Translations under genes and position numbers: made by a program
Assembly: GCA_964613915.1 (NCBI GenBank)
Contig: CAZTIW010000014.1
Location: forward strand, 30,928-94,927
Source: an uncultured Thermoanaerobaculia bacterium
GTDB taxonomy: Bacteria; Acidobacteriota; JBCCFW01
Length of the DNA stretch: 64,000 nucleotides
Direction of reading: 5' to 3'
Shown here: in pieces, positions 48,979-59,282 of the stretch
Numbering within the stretch: the stretch's first letter is position 1
Layout of the letters: the number at the start of each line of letters is the position of its first letter
The notes under the pieces: generated by a model
What the model was told of the DNA's origin: nothing
Databases searched by the model: none
Seen by the model: the letters and a program-made list of their open reading frames with translations, nothing else

Positions 48979-51192
48979 TCACCATGCCAGCAGCTGGCGC
49001 AGCGCGGGCTCGATCTTCTCGCGCGTGGGCAGGAAGGCCTTCTCGAGCGGCTGCGCGAACGGCACGGGCGTGTCGAGGCCGCCCAGCCGCATGACGGGCG
49101 CGTCCAGCGCCTCGAACGCGTGCTCGCCGATGAACGCGGCGATCTCGCCGCCGAAGCCGCCCGTCAGCGTGTCCTCGTGCAGCACGAGCGCGCGATGCCG
49201 CTCGCGCACGCTCGCGAGCACCGCGTCGCCGTCGAACGGCATCAGCGTGCGCAGGTCGAGCACGCCGACCTCGCCGCCGCCCGCCGCCGCCAGCACGTCG
49301 GCGGCCGCGATGGCCTCGTGCACCATCCACCCGTACGTGATGATGACCGCGTCGCCGCCCGGCCGGCGCAGAGCCGCGCGCCCGAGCTCCGTCACGACGT
49401 CGCCGGCGGGCAGCACGGCCTTCTGCCGGCGGTAGAGGTACTTGTGCTCGAGGTACAGCACGGGGTTGTCGTCACGGATCGCGGCGACCAGCAGCGCGAG
49501 CGCGTCCTCGGCCGTCGCTGGCGCGACGACCTTCAGGCCCGGCTGGTGGATGAACCAGGCCTCGGGGTTGCGCGAGTGGAACGGCGCGCCGCCGATGTTG
49601 CCGCCCGCGGGCAGCCGCACGACGAACGGCAGCGGCGTGCCGGTGCGATAGTGCCAGGTGGCGGCATTGTTGACGATCTGGTTGAAGCCGCACGTCACGA
49701 AGTCCGCGAACTGCATCTCCGCGACGGGCCGCAGCCCCATGAGCGCCGCGCCGATGCAGGCGCCGATGATGCCCGACTCGGCGATCGGCGTGTCCACGAT
49801 GCGATCGGCCCCGAACTCGTCCAGGAACCCGTGCGTGATCTTGAACGCGCCGCCCATGACCGCGATGTCCTCGCCGATCAGGAACACGCGCTCGTCGCGC
49901 CGCATCTCGTCGCGCAGGCCTCGCGAGATGGCCTGCAGGTACGTGGACTCGCCCGCCTGCGCCGCCGCCGTCGCCGTGAACCCGTCGCCCATCGGCGCGT
50001 TGAAGCGGGCCGCATCGCCGGCCGCCTTGCCGGCCGTCTTGCCGTCCGCCGCGCGCGCGCGATCGCGTGCGGGCCGCTTCGCGGCGGCGGATCCCGCCGG
50101 TCCGCCCGGCGCCTTTCGGTGCGCACGAACGGGCTGGCCGGCGAGCCCCGGCACGCCCGGCACGTCGCGCCCGCGCGAGGGATGCCCCTCTTCCGACCAG
50201 CGCCCCCACGAGGCCGTGTCGGCGGCCGGGGGTTCGAGCGCCGTCGCGCGCGCGAGCGCCGCGTCGAGCGCGGCCTCGGCGCGCGTCGCGATCGCCGCGT
50301 CGCGCGTCTCGTCGAGAATCCCGCGCGCCAGGAGGGTGGCTCGCATGCGCGCCAGCGGCTCGCGGCGGCGGCCGTCCTCGAGGACGCTCTTCGGGACGTA
50401 CTCGTGCGCGTCGGCCTCCGAGTGTCCGCGCAGGCGCAGGGCACGCCCCTCGATGAGCGACGGCCCGTTGCCCGCGCGCGCGTGCGCGACCGCGCGCCGC
50501 ACCGCGAGGTACATCGCGATCACGTCCGTGCCGTCCACCGTCTCAGCGGGGATGCCATAGCCCGGGCCGCGCGCGGCGAGCTCGCCGCAGGCGAACTCGC
50601 CCTCGTTCGGCGTCGAGTACGCGTAGAGGTTGTTCTCGACGACCAGGATGACGGGGAGCTTCAGCACGGCGGCCATGTTGAGCCCCTCGTGGAAGTCTCC
50701 CAGGGCGGTCGCGCCGTCACCCGTGAAGCTCAGGCAGACGCCGGTCTCGCCGCGCGAGCGCATCGCGAGGGCCGTCCCGTTCGCGACGCAGAGCTGCGTG
50801 CCCAGGTGCGAGATCATGGCGAAGATGCGCCGGTCGAGCACGTCGTGGTGGAGCCCCGAGTCGCGCCCGGCCGTGGGCCCCGCCACGCGCGCGAGGAGCT
50901 GCGCGAGGATCGTGTCCAGCGCGTCGCCGTGGACCAGGCGCGCGCCGAGGCCGCGGTGCATCGGGAAGAGCGCGTCGCCGTCGGCGAGCGCGTAGGCCGA
51001 GCCGCACGAGATGCCCTCGTTGCCTTCCTGCGAGTAGACGCCGCCGTAGACGCGTCCCTGCCGGTAGAGCGCCTGCATCCGGCGATCCACGAGGCGCGTC
51101 AGGACCATGGTCTCGTACAGGTCGACGAGCTGCGCGTCGCTCAGGCCGTGGTCATGCCGCGGCAGGAGCGGCGTCGCGTCGTCAGCGCTCAC
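48979..51192 (-). CDS. 2-oxoacid dehydrogenase E1 component, fused alpha-beta subunits in one 737-aa polypeptide
   Basis: N-terminal TPP-binding alpha-like half, low-complexity linker, then transketolase-like beta half (RVFLIGEDIAVMGGAFKITHG). Confidence 0.85.
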   Translation of the reverse strand: MSADDATPLLPRHDHGLSDAQLVDLYETMVLTRLVDRRMQALYRQGRVYGGVYSQEGNEGISCGSAYALADGDALFPMHRGLGARLVHGDALDTILAQLLARVAGPTAGRDSGLHHDVLDRRIFAMISHLGTQLCVANGTALAMRSRGETGVCLSFTGDGATALGDFHEGLNMAAVLKLPVILVVENNLYAYSTPNEGEFACGELAARGPGYGIPAETVDGTDVIAMYLAVRRAVAHARAGNGPSLIEGRALRLRGHSEADAHEYVPKSVLEDGRRREPLARMRATLLARGILDETRDAAIATRAEAALDAALARATALEPPAADTASWGRWSEEGHPSRGRDVPGVPGLAGQPVRAHRKAPGGPAGSAAAKRPARDRARAADGKTAGKAAGDAARFNAPMGDGFTATAAAQAGESTYLQAISRGLRDEMRRDERVFLIGEDIAVMGGAFKITHGFLDEFGADRIVDTPIAESGIIGACIGAALMGLRPVAEMQFADFVTCGFNQIVNNAATWHYRTGTPLPFVVRLPAGGNIGGAPFHSRNPEAWFIHQPGLKVVAPATAEDALALLVAAIRDDNPVLYLEHKYLYRRQKAVLPAGDVVTELGRAALRRPGGDAVIITYGWMVHEAIAAADVLAAAGGGEVGVLDLRTLMPFDGDAVLASVRERHRALVLHEDTLTGGFGGEIAAFIGEHAFEALDAPVMRLGGLDTPVPFAQPLEKAFLPTREKIEPALRQLLAW

Positions 51193-51919
51193 GGGGAAGC
51201 TCCGAGTCGTCCGACAGGCGGGAGTCCAGCGCGGTGGCGAACGCCTCGGCGTGAACGCGCGCCGCGCGTTCCGTCGAGGGGGACGTGCCCGTGACGCGCG
51301 CGACCGAGGTCGTGGCCGCGTCCTCGAGCCCGCACGGCACGATCGCGGCGAAGCGGTCGAGATCTGGCGCGATGTTGAACGCGGTCCCGTGAAGGCTCAC
51401 CCAGCGTTCCACGCGGATGCCGATGGATCCGATCTTGCCGTCCGCGCACCAGCAGCCGGTCCGGCCAGGGATCGTGAAGGCCTCGATGCCGAAGCCGGCG
51501 GCCACGGCGATCAGCGCGCGCTCGAGCTCCCGCAGGTAACGGTGGATGTCGCGGCCGCGTTCGCGCAGGTCCACGATCGGGTAGCACGTGATCTGCCCCG
51601 GGCCGTGCCAGGTCAGCTCTCCGCCGCGCGAGACCGCGCGCACGGCATGCCCCGCGGCTTCGAGTTCGGCGGGGGGGACGAGGTAGTGCGCCGGATCCGT
51701 CGCGCGGCCCGCCGTGTAGACGCTCTCGTGCTCGAGGATCAGCAGGGTGTCCGCCACGCGTCCCGCCACGCGATCGGCATGCACGGCCGCCTGCACCGCC
51801 ATCGCGTCGTCGTGCGTCACGCGGCCGAGCCAGAGCGCGCGAAGCGCGGAGCGCCCGGCGACGGTCGCGCGATCCGGAGTTGAGGCGACCGGAGTGATCA
51901 CTGGGCCCGGACCATTCAT
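51182..51919 (-). CDS. lipB: Lipoyl(octanoyl) transferase
   Basis: LipB motifs LILEHESVYTAG, RGGELTWHGPGQ, KIGSIGIR; start placed at internal ATG (51919); overlaps E1 start by 11 bp. Confidence 0.8.
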   Translation of the reverse strand: MNGPGPVITPVASTPDRATVAGRSALRALWLGRVTHDDAMAVQAAVHADRVAGRVADTLLILEHESVYTAGRATDPAHYLVPPAELEAAGHAVRAVSRGGELTWHGPGQITCYPIVDLRERGRDIHRYLRELERALIAVAAGFGIEAFTIPGRTGCWCADGKIGSIGIRVERWVSLHGTAFNIAPDLDRFAAIVPCGLEDAATTSVARVTGTSPSTERAARVHAEAFATALDSRLSDDSELPRER

Positions 51920-52181
51920 GAAGGTGGCGCAGTCATGGGGCGGAACGCTCGCACGGCGTTGCTGGAACCAGCCTGCCTTGGCAGGGGTCATCGGCAGACG
52001 GGATCCGACGAGGTGATCGTGGCCGAGGGCAAGGCGGACGACGGAGGGAACCGGAGGCGTAGCCGTGCCCTACGTCGAGGATTCCCGACGGAGTCCAACG
52101 CAGCCATCGGCCGCGAGCGCCCGTCGGATGCGTCAGCTTCATGAATGGTCCGGGCAGGGGATTCCGCCCCGGGCGAGTAGC

Positions 52182-52424
52182 TCAGCCCGCGAAGTACTGG
52201 GCGTTGATCTCGAGAAAGCTCTTCCACTTCTCCGGGACTTCTTCCTGCGGGAAGATCGCCTGCACCGGGCACGCTGGCTCGCAGGCGCCGCAGTCAATGC
52301 ACTCCTCGGGATTGATGAAGAGCTGCCGGTCATCGTCCTTGCCGTGGATGCAGTCCACGGGGCAGACCTCGACGCAGGACTTGTCCTTGACGTCGATGCA
52401 GGGCTCGGCGATGACGTAGGTCAT
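52182..52424 (-). CDS. fdxA: 7Fe ferredoxin (one [3Fe-4S] and one [4Fe-4S] cluster), FdxA-type
   Basis: 80 aa; C-x7-C-x3-CP (CIDVKDKSCVEVCPVDC) and C-x2-C-x2-C-x3-CP (CIDCGACEPACP). Confidence 0.9.
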   Translation of the reverse strand: MTYVIAEPCIDVKDKSCVEVCPVDCIHGKDDDRQLFINPEECIDCGACEPACPVQAIFPQEEVPEKWKSFLEINAQYFAG

Positions 52425-52805
52425 GAGGCTCCTCGTGGCCGCCGGAGCGGCCAGGCTTCCACGCGCGGATGGGACGGGACCGGGAATGGCCCCGGCGCGC
52501 TCCGGACCGGCTCTCGGACGGATTCGAGCGTGGGAGGCGAAGATTAGGTGACGGGCCGAGACCCGTCAAGAAGGCGCCCGGGGCGAGGCGGGGCGGGGTG
52601 GCGTCAGCAGAACCTGGCCCGTCGCAGGAGCGCGACTCGCGGCAAGCGCAGGTGGCGTCCGATCCGCTCGTGCTACCGGCGATCGCCGCGGTCGTGGCTG
52701 GGGCGGCGCCAGGAAGCCTCGCCGAGGTGGAGATTCCAGACAGCTCACCGCGAGGGGCGGGCAAGAACCACCGAGCCGCAACCCGCCAACTCCAGCGGCC
52801 CACCG

Positions 52806-54008
52806 CTACCACACCGCGTAAAACCGCAGGTCCGTTCCGCTCCCCACATCGGGATCACCCAGCGTCGTCGCCGCCGCCGCACCGTCGAGCACGCTCCACG
52901 GGCCGTTCGCGACGTCCGAGCGCTCGACGAGCCACGGCGCGCGCGCCCCTGTCCACGAGAGCACGACATCGCTTCCCGAGCGTCGCGCGCGCAGGTCCAC
53001 CGGCGTGAGAAACCACGGCCGTGCCGTCGGATCCGTCCGGTAGAATGCCGACAGGAGCGAGGACACCCTCATGCGGCCCGCGGGAGAGGGATGCGTGCCG
53101 TCGGGCCCGAGATCCGCGCACTCCCACACGAGCCCATCCGATCGCGGTGTCATGCCATCCGCCCACAGGTAGGGCCCCCACAGGAGCCATGGCGACTCGA
53201 CCGGTCCGAGCGCGGCATCGGGATTGAGCGCGGGATCGCCGTCGAGCTGATCCTCGATCAGCCAGCGAAACGAGAAGCCCTCCTCGAACGCGTACGGCTC
53301 GGGATTGAGCGTGGTCGTGGCGTAGCCCGCGTAGATGCGGCTGCTCACGTGCGCGAGCCGCAGGTTCGGGAAGTGATCGCGCAGAAGCGCGACGATCTCG
53401 CGCAGCCGGTCGAGCATCTCGAGCGCATGAGCGGGAAACGCGCCGAAGCTGGCAGGCTGCCGCCGCGCGAGCTTGATCCACGCAACCTGCACTTGCCGAG
53501 GCGTCAGCCCCGCCACCGCGAGCCGTCGATCGCACTCGGCCCACACGTCCGAGGCGGGATCCGCCCAGTTGCCCGCCTCGCGCCCGCCTTGCGCGAGATC
53601 CACGATGCGCAGCCGCGGATGAAGCTCGGGATCGCCAGCCTGCTGCGTGATGAACGTGGAAAACTCCTGCGTCGTGTTCGACATCCCGATGGACGCGAGA
53701 ACGATGACGCCCGAAGGCGACGGCTGTCCGCTCGCGTCGAGCGGCACGATGCCGCGACGCGCAAGGAGCAGAGTGGCCTCGACGTGCGATGCCGGCGCGA
53801 AGTTCACGCCGCCGGGGTACAACCCCCCGGGCTCGCCGAGATGCCCCGCGCCGGGATCGCTGAGGGGGATGAAGCCGACGGAGGTCTGCGCGCAGTCCTG
53901 GGCGCGGGCGGGGGTTGCTAGGCCGAGCGAGGCGACGGTGATGGCGAGCGTGGCGGGGGTCAGCCGCGCGAGGATGCCGGGACGAACGGCTGGGCGGGAC
54001 GAGAGCAT
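52806..54008 (-). CDS. Secreted hypothetical protein
   Basis: Start set at MLSSRPAVRPGILARLTPATLAITVASLGLATPARA (signal peptide); protein-like composition. Confidence 0.5.
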   Translation of the reverse strand: MLSSRPAVRPGILARLTPATLAITVASLGLATPARAQDCAQTSVGFIPLSDPGAGHLGEPGGLYPGGVNFAPASHVEATLLLARRGIVPLDASGQPSPSGVIVLASIGMSNTTQEFSTFITQQAGDPELHPRLRIVDLAQGGREAGNWADPASDVWAECDRRLAVAGLTPRQVQVAWIKLARRQPASFGAFPAHALEMLDRLREIVALLRDHFPNLRLAHVSSRIYAGYATTTLNPEPYAFEEGFSFRWLIEDQLDGDPALNPDAALGPVESPWLLWGPYLWADGMTPRSDGLVWECADLGPDGTHPSPAGRMRVSSLLSAFYRTDPTARPWFLTPVDLRARRSGSDVVLSWTGARAPWLVERSDVANGPWSVLDGAAAATTLGDPDVGSGTDLRFYAVW

Positions 54009-54059
54009 GACGGCGGACTCCACGCGGAACGTAGCGCCGGGGGGCGGCGGGAGGCAAGG

Positions 54060-54125
54060 GCAGGGCGCTTGACGGGCATGCAAGGGAGGCGTAGCGTCGG
54101 TTCTTGCTTGTTACACGACGTAACT
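54060..54125 (+). promoter_or_regulatory. Candidate promoter/operator upstream of the rhs gene
   Basis: TTGACG-N17-TAGCGT sigma70-like spacing, then a locally AT-richer stretch with GTTAC-N5-GTAAC inverted repeat and duplicated TTGCT. Confidence 0.25.
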
Positions 54126-54182
54126 TGCTATGCGGTCGCGCGCCAGGCTGTGGGAGGCACGCGAGGGACTGGAGGTGAGGTG

Positions 54183-57100
54183 ATGCCCGTGGCGATGCGT
54201 TGGCGCGGCATGCTCGTTCTGCCGATCGTTGGCATGGTTCTTGCCCCCCCCTCCGCGCTCGCAGGATGGCCCGAGGGACACGTGCAGGTTCAGGTGGAGA
54301 AACCCTGTCCCGTGGGTCCCAGTCGCTCAGGTGTTGGCCTCGGTGACGGGTCGCTGACGCTCGACTTTCCGTTCGTCCTCGTCCCGCAGGCGCCTGGACC
54401 GGTTGTCTTCTCCTTGCAGTACGCCAGCGGAGCGGACAACCCCGGGACGTACGGCACGCGGCTGAACCTGCGCGTCCGGACGGAGAAGCGAACGGACGCG
54501 TGCCCGGGGTTCTCGCCGGCGTCGGACTTCGTTCCGCGAGCGGTGGATGCCGCGGAGGTCAACTTCAACACATCGCCGGGCGATCAGCGCGCCGTGGGCT
54601 TCGGCGTCCGAAAGTCAAACAACGGCGGCTCCTCGGAGGCCTGCAACGTCTCTCGATCGAGTGAGATGCCATTCCCTTCCAGCAACTTGGTTCGAGGGGG
54701 AGGACTGCCGTCGGACTGGTGCCCGGGCGGCCCCGTCGGTGGCCACGGCTGCGTGTCCGACATGGAAGCCGTGGTCACGCTGCCGCTGCGACTCTCGGAT
54801 CCCGGCGATCCAGGAGCGCAGATGGCCTATCAGCGGAAGGCGCCTGGCCAGCCTGACTGTCCACCGCCGGTGCCGAATGAGTTTCCGGCGGATCGCGGGG
54901 TCTACAGCATCAATGCGGGGGCGACGCTTCGATTCGACTCGCCCGCGTACTCAAGGAACGACTACAGCCACGACGACAGGCAGTCCGACGACCCGTGCGA
55001 GCAGTTCCTCTACCTCGAGAAGCGGCCTGACGAGACCATCGCGCGCCTCGGCGTGAACTGGACTCACTCGTTCGCATGGAGCCTGACGGAATATAGCGTT
55101 GGCACGAGGCAGTTCGTTGCAGTGAGGTCGCCGCGCGGGAGCGTGAGCCTGTACGAGCGGCCGGCGGGACTGGCTCTCAACCAGGAACTCCCGCTTCGTC
55201 CCTCGGCAGGCTGTTCGTGCCAATCGGCGCGGCTCTTCTGGACTAGGCGCTCGTTCGCTCCTCCCGGGATCGGCGTGAGCTTCTTCGCCTACGAGCTCGT
55301 GGCCGAAGACGCTTCACGCATGGTCTTCACGGAGTTCAGCGTCTTCGAGGGGGGACAGCTTCGCGCCCCGGCAGGTCGCCTCGTTCGTCTCGAGGACAAC
55401 GATGGCCAGAGTCCCATCGCCCTCACGTACGACACGAACGGCGACCTGGCCCGCGTCTACGATGCAGCGGGCTTCCACGTGGAGCTGCAGTACGCGGAGA
55501 CCCCAAGCGGGCGACGGCTCGAGCGGCTCGTCCTGCCGGGCGGGCGGCAGGTCTCGCTGGGCTGGCTGGCGGGCAAGCTCGCTTCGCTGCGCGACCCCGT
55601 TCATGTCGCTCAGAACCTTCCCGGCTACACGTTCGCCTACGGCACGGGCTTGAGTTCCGAGGACATCACGTGCCGCACGTCGCCTGACGGCGAGATTCAT
55701 CGGTACACGTACATCACCGATCCTGCGGATCCCAACGCCGGCCGGCTCAAGACGGCCGAGATCGTGGACAGCTGCGAGGCTACCGAATCGAAGAACACGC
55801 TGACCTACACGTACTCGCGCCCCGACTCCGTGGACGGCGAGCGCTGGGTGAAGATCACGCCTCACTTGGTGACCACGGCACCCATCATCAAGAACGTTCT
55901 GAACGCCGACGGCCATCTCATCCGCACGGAAGAGATCTGTGCCGAGACGAGCGCCGAGGCTGTTGCGCGATCCTGTCCGGTGGTGCCCGAGATCAGTCCG
56001 CACCCGGTCGTTGCGATGGTGAGCTCCACCAGCTACGACGAGTTCGGACAAGCGCGCGCCGTGCGCACGTACCCCGTGGTGCTCCCTCCCTACGACCCGT
56101 CGGATCCGCCGAGCCCAACGAGCCTCGATGCCACGCACTTCTCGGTATCGTGCGTGACGCGCGATGCGTCGCAAGGCAAGCCCATCACGTTGTTCGGGTC
56201 AACATGCATTGATACCTCGACCGTGCCGCCGACGGCGGTGGATGGCTGGACGGATGAAGCCTGCGACTGCGATCTGGCGCAGCTCAATGCCGCCCCCGTT
56301 CCGACGGTCGCGCCCATCGGCACGCAGGTGAGCTGGGAGTTCGATGTCCAGGGTGCGGGTCCGACGCCGATCCTCGTCACGTACGATCGGCCCCGCCGCG
56401 TGATAGCGCCGAGCCAGCGGACAGACCCCGGGCAGGGCGCGCCTGGAGCCAGCGCCAAGGGCGTGCGGATCTTCTACTACGAGACGGTGGGGTATCCCAT
56501 CCGTTCCCACATCTCGGACATCTGCCCGCCCGAAGTGGACTCACCCGAGCCCGGGTTGGGCTGCGAGCACTTCGAGTACAACTTCTACACGATCCACGGC
56601 GGCGACGTGGTTCAGCTTGCGAGCCGGACGGACGGCTCGGGGAACACGTGGACCTACGAGTACGATCCGCTGACGCATCTCCTGTCGCGGATCACCGCTC
56701 CGTCGTCGGACGGACAGCAGTTCGTGACGAACTTCCAGTACGGCACCGACGGACTCTTGAACTACGTCGAGGCGCCGGGCGGTCTCGTGACCGCGTTCCT
56801 GCGCAACGAGCGCGGACAGATCGCGATCGAGTCCCGCCCGGGCGCGGCGCCGCCGGAGCGCATGCAAGTCCGCTACACGTACACGCCCGGGGGCAAGCTG
56901 CGGCGCATCGCGGATGAGAGCCGGGAGTCGCAATCCTCCCCGGGGAAGTACGTCGCGTGGTGGATCAGTTATGGCGGACCGGCGGTGTTCAGCGACTGGG
57001 GTGCCGAGCCCGCACAGTTCGAACGACTCCCCCGTGCGCTGCGGCGCGGCCCGGCCACTCTGGGCGGGCCGTTCGCCACGATTGACGCGGACGAGCTTCA

Positions 57101-59282
57101 ACCTGATGAGCTGGCCGGAACGGTTTACGAGAGCTGGGACTACGACAGCAACCTCCAGCCCGTGGCGACCTACTACGGCCCTCCGTTCACCTTCAGGCGC
57201 GCACTCGTGACGAAGCGCGATGGCTTCGGTGCCGCACTCGACCTGGTCATCATGGGCCAAGGAGATTCGCCCGCCTTTTTAGAGCGAACCTGCATCGAGT
57301 CCGACCCGCGGACCGGCCTGCCACGCTCGGTCTCGTTCAGCCTGGCCCCGCCCGACGAGGATGACCTCAACTGCCCCCTGACGAACGGCGCCATGCGGCA
57401 CTCCTTCACCTACGATCGCGCAGGCCGCGCCTCCTCCACGAGCATGCAGTGGGACTTCGGAGCCGAAGGCGCGGGACTGCACCAGACCTGCCGCCAGCAT
57501 GATCCCTGGGGTCGGCTGACTCAGGTCGTGGACGAGGTGACGCTCGCGCCCACTCCCGGCTGCGATCCGATCTCGGCCTTCCGGACGACCGACGTCGCTC
57601 ACGATGACGCGGATCGTCCCTGGCTCGTGACGCTGTCCAACGCGGGGCTCCCCTACGCCGACTACCAGGTCGAGTACGACAACAACCAGCGCGCCTTCAA
57701 GTGGACCGAGGCACAATCCCGCGAGTACCTGGCGATGTCGTATCGTCCTGACGGTCTGCTGACGAACATCACGCGCGGTCGCCCGCACTCGGGTGGCTCG
57801 TCCTGGCTCGACACGAAGTTCACGCAGGACCTGCGGTACGATGCCCGGGGGTTTGTCATGCGCCTCGAGCAGCATCGCCTGCCGTACCTGTGGCCGTCGG
57901 GGGACACGACGTGGTTCTACACGCATGACGACGCGGGCCGGCTCACGGGGGCAGCGCTCGATCCCGTGGACTGGCCGTCGCTTCCGAACATCGTGGACGA
58001 GTCGTACGCCTACCTGCCCTCCAATCCCTGGAACCTCGCGTCCATCACGGACAACCTGACCAGCACGACGACAGCGTTCCCGACCGATGACGAGGATCGC
58101 ATCCAGACCCCGGATCGCGAGTATCACGCGTTCATCGGAGCGCTGAAGAGGGAGAACGGCGCGGGAGGCCAGACGCGGCGATACCGCTGGGATGTCGCGG
58201 GCCGCCTCATGGCCGTGCTGGAGGGCACCGACGCGACGGGGTACGCCGGGACGGCCTACTCGTACGATCCCTGGAACCGCCTCGTCGCCGAGCGACCGAT
58301 CACCACGGCGACGGCCACGGGCCAGCCCGTCTCGGCCGGCTCGCCGACGATTCACCTGTGGAGCGGATGGCAGCAGGTGGGGGAGGTGGAGTCGTTCGCG
58401 TCGGCGCCGGCGTTCGCGTGGAGCGACGGGCCGATGGGCCTCGCGGGCATCAAGCGCGAGGGCTCGTCACACGAGAGGCTGTTCTCGGACGCGCAGGGGT
58501 CGGTGAAGTACGGCTTCGCAGACGATCCCGTGTACACGCCGTTCGGCAAGGTGGTGAGCGGCACGCTGAGCACGGCCAAGGGCTTCCAGGGCCAGGAATG
58601 GCGCGACGAGGCGCGGCTCTACTACATGCGCCACCGCTGGTACGACCCCGCCAGCGCGCGCTTCCTGTCGCGCGACCCCGTGCGCACGGGCGCGATCCAT
58701 AACTTCGCGTTCGCGATGGATAGCCCGGTGATGATGGGGGATCCGATGGGGTTGGATACCTTCGTTCTCATTGCTCATGCAGGCGGGGGCGGCGACAAGA
58801 AGGGCTCGTTTGGCCATGCTGCGCTTGTGACGTGGGATGAAACCGGGGCCGGAGGGTTCGTCGACCACATGGGCCAGAACTCCATGTGGGATCCCAGTCC
58901 GAGCATTTCCATTCCGCACGCTGATCGCGTCTCTCGGTTCGTCAGCAACTATGTTCGAGGCAACCACCGAGACGTGAGCATCTTCGAACTCGATCTGAGT
59001 GCTGAGGTCGAGGCTGCATTGCGCAATGCTATCTCCGCTCGCGCCGGTGCCCCGGAACCGAAAAGGCTCTTCACCAACAACTGTACAGATGTCGTGACAG
59101 ACGTGCTCCATCAGGCAGGCGTGAGCGAGCGAGTGCGGATATTAGGTCCGTTTCCACTGTTTCTATTCACGATGAGAGTACCGCTCGGTGGAGGGCACGG
59201 AATCAGCTGGCCGGATAGGCTCCACTCCTCTCTTCTGAAGGCTCCGTTCACACGTAGCTACACGCGAATTGAGGCCCAGTGA
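54183..59282 (+). CDS. RHS/YD-repeat polymorphic toxin, about 1700 aa, with signal peptide and variable C-terminal toxin tip (CT1)
   Basis: ATG at 54183 preceded by GGAGG; signal MPVAMRWRGMLVLPIVGMVLAPPSALA; many YD-type repeats; core end LYYMRHRWYDPASARFLSRDPV followed by the DPMGL boundary; divergent 175-aa tip. Confidence 0.9.
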   Translation: MPVAMRWRGMLVLPIVGMVLAPPSALAGWPEGHVQVQVEKPCPVGPSRSGVGLGDGSLTLDFPFVLVPQAPGPVVFSLQYASGADNPGTYGTRLNLRVRTEKRTDACPGFSPASDFVPRAVDAAEVNFNTSPGDQRAVGFGVRKSNNGGSSEACNVSRSSEMPFPSSNLVRGGGLPSDWCPGGPVGGHGCVSDMEAVVTLPLRLSDPGDPGAQMAYQRKAPGQPDCPPPVPNEFPADRGVYSINAGATLRFDSPAYSRNDYSHDDRQSDDPCEQFLYLEKRPDETIARLGVNWTHSFAWSLTEYSVGTRQFVAVRSPRGSVSLYERPAGLALNQELPLRPSAGCSCQSARLFWTRRSFAPPGIGVSFFAYELVAEDASRMVFTEFSVFEGGQLRAPAGRLVRLEDNDGQSPIALTYDTNGDLARVYDAAGFHVELQYAETPSGRRLERLVLPGGRQVSLGWLAGKLASLRDPVHVAQNLPGYTFAYGTGLSSEDITCRTSPDGEIHRYTYITDPADPNAGRLKTAEIVDSCEATESKNTLTYTYSRPDSVDGERWVKITPHLVTTAPIIKNVLNADGHLIRTEEICAETSAEAVARSCPVVPEISPHPVVAMVSSTSYDEFGQARAVRTYPVVLPPYDPSDPPSPTSLDATHFSVSCVTRDASQGKPITLFGSTCIDTSTVPPTAVDGWTDEACDCDLAQLNAAPVPTVAPIGTQVSWEFDVQGAGPTPILVTYDRPRRVIAPSQRTDPGQGAPGASAKGVRIFYYETVGYPIRSHISDICPPEVDSPEPGLGCEHFEYNFYTIHGGDVVQLASRTDGSGNTWTYEYDPLTHLLSRITAPSSDGQQFVTNFQYGTDGLLNYVEAPGGLVTAFLRNERGQIAIESRPGAAPPERMQVRYTYTPGGKLRRIADESRESQSSPGKYVAWWISYGGPAVFSDWGAEPAQFERLPRALRRGPATLGGPFATIDADELQPDELAGTVYESWDYDSNLQPVATYYGPPFTFRRALVTKRDGFGAALDLVIMGQGDSPAFLERTCIESDPRTGLPRSVSFSLAPPDEDDLNCPLTNGAMRHSFTYDRAGRASSTSMQWDFGAEGAGLHQTCRQHDPWGRLTQVVDEVTLAPTPGCDPISAFRTTDVAHDDADRPWLVTLSNAGLPYADYQVEYDNNQRAFKWTEAQSREYLAMSYRPDGLLTNITRGRPHSGGSSWLDTKFTQDLRYDARGFVMRLEQHRLPYLWPSGDTTWFYTHDDAGRLTGAALDPVDWPSLPNIVDESYAYLPSNPWNLASITDNLTSTTTAFPTDDEDRIQTPDREYHAFIGALKRENGAGGQTRRYRWDVAGRLMAVLEGTDATGYAGTAYSYDPWNRLVAERPITTATATGQPVSAGSPTIHLWSGWQQVGEVESFASAPAFAWSDGPMGLAGIKREGSSHERLFSDAQGSVKYGFADDPVYTPFGKVVSGTLSTAKGFQGQEWRDEARLYYMRHRWYDPASARFLSRDPVRTGAIHNFAFAMDSPVMMGDPMGLDTFVLIAHAGGGGDKKGSFGHAALVTWDETGAGGFVDHMGQNSMWDPSPSISIPHADRVSRFVSNYVRGNHRDVSIFELDLSAEVEAALRNAISARAGAPEPKRLFTNNCTDVVTDVLHQAGVSERVRILGPFPLFLFTMRVPLGGGHGISWPDRLHSSLLKAPFTRSYTRIEAQ
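57768..58754 (+). repeat. Copy A (inside full-length rhs) of a 987-bp near-identical direct repeat
   Basis: Identical ORF translations recur with a constant offset of 2142 bp (57793-58059 vs 59935-60201; 58192-58506 vs 60334-60648); ends exactly at the DPMGL codons. Confidence 0.9.

Noticed and set aside
47794-51294. 1166-aa plus-strand ORF
   Set aside because: Antisense to the E2 and fused E1 genes, both with strong conserved motifs on the minus strand.
52139-52180. Possible terminator hairpin downstream of the ferredoxin gene
   Set aside because: Only short imperfect GGGG/CCCC complementarity and no U-tract; too weak to call.
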